This document shows positions 36,754 through 46,827 of a DNA stretch of 64,000 nt, piece after piece; positions within the stretch are counted from its first letter, which is position 1, and every line of letters starts with the position of its first letter. The DNA is from Piromyces finnis finn (taxonomy: Eukaryota; Fungi; Neocallimastigomycota). Where the stretch lies: the NCBI GenBank assembly GCA_002104945.1, contig MCFH01000065.1, positions 186,001 through 250,000 on the forward strand. The letters are read 5' to 3'. Position numbers and translations under genes: made by a program. The notes under the pieces are model-generated. The model was not told the DNA's origin. It did not search any database and saw only the letters and a program-made list of their open reading frames with translations.

Positions 36754-39700
36754 CAAAATTTGCAAAAACTTATAATCAACTTTATTTTATTAATATCTTA
36801 TATTTTATATTTTACATTCTACTACTTAAATTTTTCAATTTCTTAATCTCTTCAAATTTTATTTTTATTTTTCATAAAAACAAATTTGAGGGGGGAATGT
36901 TAAACATTAATAATTTAACTTAAATCTAGAAATATGTAGAATAGAATAGAATTATGTATTACTAATATATTTAGTCATAGAATATTCTCATGATAAATAA
37001 TACGCCACAATCCTTAGTATAAATAGAGAATAAATTTATGAACTATTTATGTACTTTGTAATTACCTTTTTATTAATAATATTAATAAATAAAGTTTATA
37101 TTAAAAACAATATTATAAATTTTCTCACATATATTTAATATAAAATAAACAAAACTAATTTAATTAAATAATAAAATAACAGAACTAAACTAAACTAATT
37201 CATTATACTTTTAATTCAATTTGAGTAAACTCAAAATTGAATAAAGCCCATGTATTTTCTATAAATTAATTTAATATTATCAATACTATTCTTAATATAT
37301 TTCCTATTGAAATATAAATAAATCTATTTTTAAAACTAAGTTAAAATTATTAAACTATTCTAAATTTAAATAAAAAAGTATAATCTATTCTAAAATCAAA
37401 TAAAAAGTATTTAAAAAATATTTTAATTATTTTAAATATTTGAAATATTTAAATTTAATTAAAATTCTTTTATTCCTTAAACTTAAATATTTATCTTAAT
37501 TTAAATTTAACGGAATTATTATAAAATAATTTATTATTAAATTATTCCATAAAATTTACTCAAAAATTTTATAATCAGTTTTACTAAATATTAATTTATT
37601 ATTTAATAATTAATAATTAATTATTAAATAATCTAAAGATATATATTATATCTTTACAATCTCGCCCTTTAAGTCGAGCTCCTGCGAGATTATTTTCTTG
37701 AAGAAATTTAAATAACAAATGGTTACTACTTTTTCTAAATCATAACATTGTTAAAAAAATATATAAGTATTTAATTTATTTATACTCTTATTATCATTCT
37801 TGTTACTTATACATAATTCTAATAATTTATCTAAAACTTAATCATCAAGAATCCATTTGTTTTTATATTCAGATTATGGTTATTTATAAATTGTTTTCTA
37901 TTAACATTTTTATTTAAGTATTCAAAACAAAACATTTACTTTAAGTTTCAAATTTTTATTTATTCAATTCTTCTTGATCATCATGACTTTTATAATCTTC
38001 TTATGCATGATCAAAATTCTATTTTACAATTTTAATACTTTTTATTAATACTTATAATAATCTGTTCAACTTTCTTTGGTTTATTAGCTGAAGAAATTTC
38101 AATATTAAATTTTAAATTAAATCCATAGTTTGTATAAAATTGAAATTGATTGATTGATTACAATAAAATATTATAAGTAGATTCCAATATAACAATCAAT
38201 TCGATTTTATTAACCAACGGAGATATTGGAACAATATCTCGTTCACCCTCTCATTTAAATGAAAAGTCTGTGATAAAATTTATATAAAATATATCAAACA
38301 GACAATTCTAAAATTATAAAGAAAATAGCATTTAAAGAGTATTAAATGTTTTTTATTATTGTACAAACTTTAAACCAAGTGGAACTTATTTTTTTTAAAG
38401 GTTATTATTAAGCAAATAAATATAACAAAATTCTTAGTAATAAAATATTTGTAAAAAAAATTAACATTCATTAATAATAATGGAAAAACATCATTCAATA
38501 ATTATATTAACTATACCACTATTTTTTTTTTAATCTTATTATTAAATAAACAAAAGTGGTATCAAGTCATCAAGTAAATACTATAATTTAATTAACAAAT
38601 TTATCATTTTTAGACATTTTTAAAATACTTTTAGCATATTTATAATTCTCTTTTATTTTATAATTTATCAATATATGGTATTATAAAATTATTTCTTTTT
38701 TTAAAAATTTAACAATGAATTCATAAATTTAAATATCATCAATAAAACATCACAGAATTGATATAAACATATACATAATGTTGTACTAAATATCATTAAT
38801 TATAAAGTAATTAAAATACTTCATCAAAAGCATCACTTAAAATATTAAAATAGAGCTGATACATTTTTGAATAAAAGGTATGATAATAAATTAAAAATGC
38901 CATATAAAGATTAAAGCAATTTTAAATTCATCACCTTATTTAATTATTACTACTCTATTGATATATTTAAATTTAGTTTAAAAACATATTTTACTCCATT
39001 TATCTTATTTATTGATTAAAGGAATATATGAATTTCAATAATTATATCTTTTAATTTCCTACAATCAATATATAGTAATTATAATTATCAATCTCATTAT
39101 ACTTCCATTAAAAAGAATTGTATAAAGATTAAAATCTTTTTTTTTCCTTTATAAAGTTCGTTTTATTAAGTACATAAAAACTATTCATTTATTAAAAACT
39201 CTTATAATTATTATACATATTACATTAATTTATATTTGTTTTATTCATTATATTTATTACATTTATCATATTTATTAACTTATTCTATTTATTAATTTAC
39301 TCTATTTATTAATTTATTCTATTTATTACATTTTATTATATTTTTTTTCATTTGTTGTATTTATTAATTCTATTTTTTTTTTTTTTAATTATTATTAATA
39401 CTAACTATTATATTATCAAATTGTTACTATTACTAAAACTATTCCTCATTAATTTCTATTATAGCTATTTCTAATTCTACAATACTAATACATTACAATC
39501 ATATTTATTTTTTAAATTACATTTATTATAATCAAAATTATTTAGATAACATTATTTTCCATAGGACGAATGTACTTAACATTTTGTTATAATCCTCCAC
39601 AATTCAGTAATTCATTAAGTTTCTTTTTAAAACATTGGAATTTTCAAATTTATTATTTTCATTACTGAATTGTTCTTCTTTCTTGATTCTTTTTATTTTC

Positions 39701-41818
39701 GTTTTATTCTTTATAAAATCAAGATAAATGAAATTAAGAACAGATCTAGAATAGATTAATTTTCTAGCTCTGATTTCACTACCATCATATTATTAAGAAT
39801 AAAAAATATTACACTCATTTCTTATTATATATTTATTTAACTTTATAATTATTCAATCAAAGCTACTATATTAATTTATTCAAGTTATTTGAATCTTTTA
39901 AATATAAAACTTACTTCTTAATAAAAATATAAACTTATTAACTAGATATACAATAACTTCTTTATAATAAATTCAAATCAAATTAAATTTGTGAATTTAT
40001 TCTACAATTATAAGAAATTCTTTATTTAATTAATTTATTTTAATTTATTAATTATAAAAAACATAATTTATTTAACAACTAAATTTGTAAAACCTCCTCA
40101 TATTGAATTCAAATTATTTTAATTATTAATCTTAATCATTTGTTTAATGAATTATTTAATAAACTATTACATTCAAATTATCTTAATTTACGAAATATAA
40201 AATTAATTTTTTTTTTTTTAATAAATGTATAACTTTTTAAATAACTAAATTTGTATTGACTTTTGTTGATAAATTCAAATCAAATTAAAAATGCTTTAAA
40301 TTTATATTCTAATTATTAAGAATTTTCTATTTAGTCAAATATTCAGTTATATAAAATACACCTTTATATAAAAGAAGTCAACTCCATCCTATCAACTGGT
40401 GTCAGCGAATTCTTTATAAAGTATAAAACATGTTATTACAATGAAATTAAATTATTTTTTTTTTAAGCTCGTTTTCGTATTACTTCATAATATTTTAATA
40501 TATTATTTAATAAACTTCTTAATTGTATTTATCTAATTTAATTAATAATATATAATCCTTGAATATATTTTATTTATTTAATTAGTTAATCGAATTTATA
40601 TTGTATCTTCATATTAAAGAAGTCGACCTGACTCTATCCTTTAAAGAAAAGGTGTCGTCGAGTTCTTTATTTAGTATGAAGTTAAATTATTTTAAAAGTG
40701 ATTTTAAATATCAAATCATTTTCTAACTTCATTAAATTAAATTATATATTTCAAATTTTCAAGTTAAATTAATTTATAGTATTTTCAATTTAATTTATTA
40801 TATACTATTTCCCAAAAAGATGTCGATCTGACTCTGTCCTCTAAAAAGGTGTCATCGAAATCTTATTATAATAAAGAATAATTTATTTATTTAACTAACT
40901 TTACACATTTATTACTTTTACTTTTATTGTAAAATTTTAATTCATTTCTTAATTTTAATTTATTATATACTATATCTAAAAGATGTCGCTCAGACTCTAT
41001 CCTATCAAAAGGTGTCGAGCGAGGTCTTTTAAGTATATAATAAATTCATTTCAAATTTACTTATTATATAATCAAATTTTAATTTGTTTTAATTATATAT
41101 TCAATTTAATTTATTATATACAATATCTAAAGATGTCGCTCAGACTCTATCCTATCAAAAGGTGTCGAGCGAGGTCTTTGTAATGCTGACACAGAAAGAA
41201 TAGATTAGGATATCTATTCTATTACAATAACACAAAATTTAAAATAAAATAAAAAATTGTTTTATTAAAAATATCTTTTATTATAATAGAAATTTTATTA
41301 ATAACAATTACATCGATAAAATGATGAAAAATATCTTCTATTTATATTTTTCCTAAATACATTTATATTATATTATAACTATTTATTTCTTATATATTAT
41401 TATTTAAAATCTACACTAAAATCTTAATTATTAATAAATATTTAAACTATAACTATTTTTAGTAAAATACAATTGGCAATTCAAATTAAGTACCATTTAA
41501 TTTGAATATGTGCCCATGTATTATTGATATATTAATCATTTATTATTTATCTATTTCTATAAAAAAACAATACTAAAACTAGGGATTTAAATTGAGAATA
41601 TTAATTTACTTGTTAAACATTAAAAATAAATTAATAATTTATTTTGTTTTAAACTTTAATTATTAATAAATAAATTATGTCTCATTTTCTTTTTCTGAAT
41701 ATAATTTGTGTAACTTAAACAATAATACTTGTGGCTTAAGTTACATTAAAGATATCAAACAGAGGCGTTTGATATCTTTACAATCTCTCTCTCTAAGTCG
41801 AGCTCCTGCGAGATTAAT

Positions 41819-44800
41819 TTATAAGGAATCTTTTCTCGAAGGAATTTCAATTACAAATGGTTGGTATCTGTGCTTGATTAGATTACCAACTTTATTCTTT
41901 CTAATTTTCATGGAGGAGTCGTTCGACTTATATTTTGACTTTTTAGAGTTTCTTTCAAACTCTTGTATTAATTGTTTATCTGGAATATGATCTTCAGAAA
42001 CCCAAGTGGATTTGTCAAATCCTTTCCATGATAACTTATAAAATGTTTCACCATTAACAGATTTCATCTTTTCAATTTTCTCTGGAATTTTTTCAATTAA
42101 ATCTGTGTTAAGGTGAATGTTCCTCTTCCTACGATTAGACCTGTCGTTAAACTTGTTTTCAAAGTATGGTTCTAACAATGAAACATGAAAGACTGGATGA
42201 CATCTCATTGTCTTTGGAAGTTTCAATTTGAAAGCGAGAGAACTAACTTTTTCAATTATCTCAAATGGGCCAAGCATTTGAGGTGCTAATTTTCTCTTTA
42301 GGTTAGTTCCAGGAGAATCTTTCAATAACCATACCTTCTTTCCCATTTCGAACTCCGGGGGAATCATTCTCTTCATATCGGCATATTTCTTATATGTTTC
42401 TTTTGCTTTTTCTAAGTTTTCTTTTAATAATTTAAAGTTTTCATTCATATCAATTACTCTTTGTTCAGCTCTACTAGGTCTATCATTAGCTGGAATTTCT
42501 AAGCTGAACTTTGGATGAAAACCATAATTAGCAAAGAATGGAGATTGATTTATAGATTGTTGTAAAGTATTATTATATGCAAATTCAGCAAATGGGATAA
42601 GATCAACCCAGTTATTCTGCTTTTTATTTATAAAACAACGGAAATATTGTTCTAATATGCCGTTCACCCTCTCCGTTTGACCATCTGTCTGCGGATGGTT
42701 GGCAGTTGATAATGAATGATTGATATTAAGAAGGTCACAAAGTCTTGACCAAAAGTCAGAAGTAAATTGCGAGCCTCTATCAGAAATGATGGAATCAGGA
42801 AGACCATGCAAACGGAAGACATTAGCAATAAAAGCATCAGCAGCAATCGAAGCAGTAGGAAGACAACGTAAAGGAATGGCGTGAGCAAATTTAGTAAATC
42901 TATCGACAACAACCATGAGAGTTGTCATATCTCTGGACTTAGGAAGATCAACAATAAAATCAATAGAAATATCAGACCAGGGCCTACTGGGAGTGTCCAA
43001 AGGGGATAACAATCCATAAGGCTTATGCCTGGGGACTTTGGATTTGCAACAAGTCACGCAAGATTTGATAAAAGATTTAACGTCTGAATGAAACCTTGGC
43101 CACCAAAAGTTTCTGGAAATCAGTTCAGTGGTTTTCTTAATACCGAAATGACCAGCAGCAACAGAATCATGATGAAGTTCCAAAACTCTTGTCCTAAGAG
43201 ATTTAGGAACATAAATAAGATTATTATATAACAAAAATCCTTCGTTATCAATAATAACTTTATCAATATTTTTAATAGGTGCATTACATGCAGAACCATT
43301 CATTTTAAATTGGACAATAGAATTATACAAATCGTCATTTTTAAGTTCTAATAAAATAGAATCGATTAACGGTTTGTTATCGCTATGATGAAACGAAATA
43401 GTAAGACAAGAAACATCAGAATTAATATTATTCTCTACATGGTCACTTCTACGAGACAGGATATCAGGCTTACCGGATTTCTTTCCAGCTCTATAAATGA
43501 GTTTAAAATCAAATCTGGATAAGAACAAATTCCATCTAATTTGTCTCTGAGATAACATTTCAGGTTTTCTAGGAAATGTTAAATTCTTGTGATCAGTATA
43601 AATTATGAACGGATGGCGTGCACCTTCTAAATAATGACGCCATTCTTCAAGAGCAACTACAATAGCTAAAAGTTCCTTGTCATATATAGGATAGTTTCTT
43701 TGACAACTCGTCAAACTTTTTGAAAGAAATGCAATAGGATGTAATTTGCCATCAAATTCTTGAGAGAGAATAGCACCGACAGCATAATTACTAGCATCAG
43801 TTTCTACAATAAATTGTTTATTACTATCCGCATGTTTTAGAATAGGAGCTGACGTGAACAGAGATTTTAATAAAATAAAAGCGTCCTGATCTTCTTTCAC
43901 CCAGTTAAAAGCAACGTTCTTTCTAGTGAGTTTGTGAAGAGGGTTTGCAATTTTAGCAAAGTCTTTAATAAAAATTCTGTAATAGTTGCATAAACCAATA
44001 AAAGACTGAACCTCTTTAACATTCTTGGGAACCGGCCAATCGAGAATTGCTTTAACTTTATTCTCATCCATTTGCAATCCATCCTTTGAAATGACATAAC
44101 CAAGAAAAGTGGTTTTCTCAACATCAAACTCACATTTTTCTAATTTAACATAAAGATTATTTTCAAGTAGTTTCTTAAGTACCTTTTTAACATGCTCATG
44201 ATGTTCTTCGATATTATTAGAATAAATAAGAATATCATCAATATATGAGATAACAAAATCGTCTAAATAGTCACTAAGGACATCGTTAATGAAGTGTTGA
44301 AAAGTTGCAGGTGCATTCTTTAATCCAAAAGGCATAACCAGATATTCAAAATGACCATACCTAGTACGAAAAGCCGTTTTGTATTCGTCACCTTCTTTAA
44401 TACGAACAAGATTATAAGCGGATTTAAGGTCTAATTTGGTAAAAATCTTAGCATTTTTCACCCTATCCAAAAGGTCACTTATTAAAGGTAAAGGATATGA
44501 ATTACGAATTGTAATATTATTCAACCTTCTATAATCAATACAAAGTCTTAAGGAACCGTCCTTCTTTTTAACAAACAAAATTGGGGCACCAGCAGGAGAC
44601 GATGATTTCCTAATAAAACCTTTATTTAAATTTTCATCTATATACTTTTTAAGTTCCTCTCTTTCAACTTCAGTTAATGGATACAAGGGTCCATAAAATA
44701 AAGTTGAATCATCCTTAAGTTTGATTTCACAATCATAAGGTCTATGAGGAGGTAACACTTCACAATTTTTTTCGTTAAACACTTCACTAAATTCTAAATA

Positions 44801-46408
44801 TTGGGTTGGTACGGCGACCAATTTATCTTTATTAATATTCTTTTCATTATTATTATTACTACATGATTCATTATCATTATTACATGTTTCATTAATTTTC
44901 GTTACAATACATTTAACTTTTTTATTAAAACTAATATATTCATCATCGCTGTCATCTTCATCATTAATGGTTCTAACAAGGCGGCCTTTAACATATTCTT
45001 TTTCTTCATGGTTTGGGACGGAGGGATCTACTTTCGGTTTTTTGGTTAAGCTTCGGTCGAGAACATCATGATCTAATTGATCATTCTTGGACTTCTTTCT
45101 TGGTTTTCTTTTTCTTTTACCTTTGTTACAGTGTCTGGCACAATAACCAGAACTAAAAGCGATTTTCTTAGAGTCATAGAAAGCATTTGGATTATGCTTC
45201 TTTATCCACGGCAAACCAAGAATAACATCAACACCGGGGACTTGTAATCCATAAAGTTGAATTACTTCGAAGTGATTTTTGCAACGGAGCATGCACTTCT
45301 CAGTCCTTTCCCAAACACTAACAACTCCATCACTAACACCTGAAACACGGAATGGTTCTACCTTTTCCAACTTAATACCAAGGTCTTCAGCAAGACTTGG
45401 ATTAATGAAATTTAATTCAGAACCGGAATCAATTAAAACCTTAATCTTAACTTCCGAAACTTCATTGGTACTCAAGTAAAAGTCCACAAGGTTTAAATCA
45501 CTTTTCACTCCCTTGACTCCAACTTTGTAAATTTTTGGATTAACAATTTTTGGAGTCCTTTCTTTCACAATTCTTAACACTTTTCTGGGCTTTACTCTAT
45601 TAGGACAATTAAATTTTAAATGTCCTGGTTGTTTACAAAGAAAACATAACCCCTTTTTCTTTTCTTCTTCAAAGTTGTCTATGTTTTCATTGTAATTTTT
45701 ACTTGATCCTTGGATATTCACATACCTTTTGCGTTTATTTTCTCTACTAATTCTAAATACATCCACATCCATAGGATCGTTAGCCCTTCTACCATTAAAA
45801 TAAAATTCACTTAGAGAATTCCTTTTCATCATATCTTCAACTAAAATAGTTGAAGAAATCAATTGTTCAATTGAAGTTGGGTTTGATTCAATGAAAGCCA
45901 ACTTCTCCCTAAGTGGTGGTAATAAACCTTTCAGAAACATGTAGATTTTTGCGCTGTCATTAAAGCTTGAATTTTGGCTAATACGTTGAAACTCGGTAAT
46001 GTAATCTAATACCTGACCAAGTTTCCTTTGGCGAAGATTATCTAATTTACCGTTAGCTACAACGGTATCGTATCTATAACTGCCAAAATTAGCCTTCAAC
46101 CTATCTACAAATTCATCATAATGGTTTAAAACCCCACTATTATTCTTCATCAACACTGAAGCCCATTCCAAAGGTTTACCAGAGAAGTATGATATAACGA
46201 AGTCGACCTTGACTCGATCTGTATTATACAGTGTCGGTCGAGTACGAAATACCAACTCAACTCTGGTTAAAAATCCATCCAATTCTCTTTGTTTACCAGA
46301 AAATATCGGTGGAGCATTAATAATGTTCCCCGAATTCCCAGAAACACCCACAGTCCTATCACCCATCTCTAAATTTAAATTTTCAAACTCACTAATTAAG
46401 TCCTCCAA
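41819..46408 (-). CDS. Single-ORF Gag-PR-RT-RH-IN-chromodomain polyprotein, 1529 aa
   Basis: Contains CFLCKQPGHLKFNC (CCHC), LIDSGS (protease), YIDD (RT), ETDAS (RNase H), HHDSVAAGH..CVTC and D,D(35)E (integrase), GPF, and a C-terminal YKLSWKGFDKSTWV chromodomain. Confidence 0.97.
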   Translation of the reverse strand: MEDLISEFENLNLEMGDRTVGVSGNSGNIINAPPIFSGKQRELDGFLTRVELVFRTRPTLYNTDRVKVDFVISYFSGKPLEWASVLMKNNSGVLNHYDEFVDRLKANFGSYRYDTVVANGKLDNLRQRKLGQVLDYITEFQRISQNSSFNDSAKIYMFLKGLLPPLREKLAFIESNPTSIEQLISSTILVEDMMKRNSLSEFYFNGRRANDPMDVDVFRISRENKRKRYVNIQGSSKNYNENIDNFEEEKKKGLCFLCKQPGHLKFNCPNRVKPRKVLRIVKERTPKIVNPKIYKVGVKGVKSDLNLVDFYLSTNEVSEVKIKVLIDSGSELNFINPSLAEDLGIKLEKVEPFRVSGVSDGVVSVWERTEKCMLRCKNHFEVIQLYGLQVPGVDVILGLPWIKKHNPNAFYDSKKIAFSSGYCARHCNKGKRKRKPRKKSKNDQLDHDVLDRSLTKKPKVDPSVPNHEEKEYVKGRLVRTINDEDDSDDEYISFNKKVKCIVTKINETCNNDNESCSNNNNEKNINKDKLVAVPTQYLEFSEVFNEKNCEVLPPHRPYDCEIKLKDDSTLFYGPLYPLTEVEREELKKYIDENLNKGFIRKSSSPAGAPILFVKKKDGSLRLCIDYRRLNNITIRNSYPLPLISDLLDRVKNAKIFTKLDLKSAYNLVRIKEGDEYKTAFRTRYGHFEYLVMPFGLKNAPATFQHFINDVLSDYLDDFVISYIDDILIYSNNIEEHHEHVKKVLKKLLENNLYVKLEKCEFDVEKTTFLGYVISKDGLQMDENKVKAILDWPVPKNVKEVQSFIGLCNYYRIFIKDFAKIANPLHKLTRKNVAFNWVKEDQDAFILLKSLFTSAPILKHADSNKQFIVETDASNYAVGAILSQEFDGKLHPIAFLSKSLTSCQRNYPIYDKELLAIVVALEEWRHYLEGARHPFIIYTDHKNLTFPRKPEMLSQRQIRWNLFLSRFDFKLIYRAGKKSGKPDILSRRSDHVENNINSDVSCLTISFHHSDNKPLIDSILLELKNDDLYNSIVQFKMNGSACNAPIKNIDKVIIDNEGFLLYNNLIYVPKSLRTRVLELHHDSVAAGHFGIKKTTELISRNFWWPRFHSDVKSFIKSCVTCCKSKVPRHKPYGLLSPLDTPSRPWSDISIDFIVDLPKSRDMTTLMVVVDRFTKFAHAIPLRCLPTASIAADAFIANVFRLHGLPDSIISDRGSQFTSDFWSRLCDLLNINHSLSTANHPQTDGQTERVNGILEQYFRCFINKKQNNWVDLIPFAEFAYNNTLQQSINQSPFFANYGFHPKFSLEIPANDRPSRAEQRVIDMNENFKLLKENLEKAKETYKKYADMKRMIPPEFEMGKKVWLLKDSPGTNLKRKLAPQMLGPFEIIEKVSSLAFKLKLPKTMRCHPVFHVSLLEPYFENKFNDRSNRRKRNIHLNTDLIEKIPEKIEKMKSVNGETFYKLSWKGFDKSTWVSEDHIPDKQLIQEFERNSKKSKYKSNDSSMKIRKNKVGNLIKHRYQPFVIEIPSRKDSL

Positions 46409-46464
46409 CGTTAAATATAAAACAAAATATAAAAAATGTTTTCTTACTACTGTTTCAAGTAAGT

Positions 46465-46519
<55 letters not shown>

Positions 46520-46635
46520 AAACTATTTCTACAAAAACGATGTTAGTTAATACAAAAGTTATTCAAACTCGATCTGTTATACAGTGTCGAACAAGTTTTG
46601 TATTATATAATAATAATATTAATCAGAGTAGTTTT

Positions 46636-46672
<37 letters not shown>

Positions 46673-46682
46673 CTTCTGCTAG

Positions 46683-46778
46683 GGTAGCAACAAAGTTTCT
46701 TCAATACTCTCTTGAACCAAGGTAGCAACAAAGTTTCTTCAATAATCTCTTGAACCAAGGTAGCAACAAAGTTTCTTC
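46683..46778. repeat. 2.5 tandem copies of a 38-bp unit in the chromovirus 1 5' UTR
   Basis: GGTAGCAACAAAGTTTCTTCAATACTCTCTTGAACCAA is repeated. Confidence 0.85.
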
Positions 46779-46815
46779 GGGCGGTAGATATCCTAACGTA
46801 CTCTTGAAGTAGTTA

Positions 46816-46827
46816 GGTAATTGTTAT
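46816..46827 (-). promoter_or_regulatory. Self-priming-type PBS ATAACAATTACC
   Basis: It directly follows the 5' LTR. It is complementary to GTAATTGTTAT inside the same LTR (46950-46960), which lies ~30 nt downstream of a TATAAA (46990-46995). Confidence 0.8.

Larger units (their letters stand above)
25298..37127 (+). mobile_element. Ty1/copia retrotransposon (5140 bp net) interrupted by a solo LTR and LARD copy 1
   Basis: It has 230-bp LTRs at 25298-25527 and 36898-37127 with no difference found by eye, TSD CATAT, PPT GAGGGGGGAA at 36888-36897 and a PBS at 25528-25540. Confidence 0.96.

Noticed and set aside
46460-46630. Possible antisense intron in the chromovirus 5' UTR (GTAAGT followed by poly-T; similar GTAAGT and TACTAAT at 60535-60670)
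   Set aside because: The donor-like word is in both copies but branch and acceptor sites are not conserved, and such words are common in AT-rich DNA. It needs strand-specific RNA-seq.
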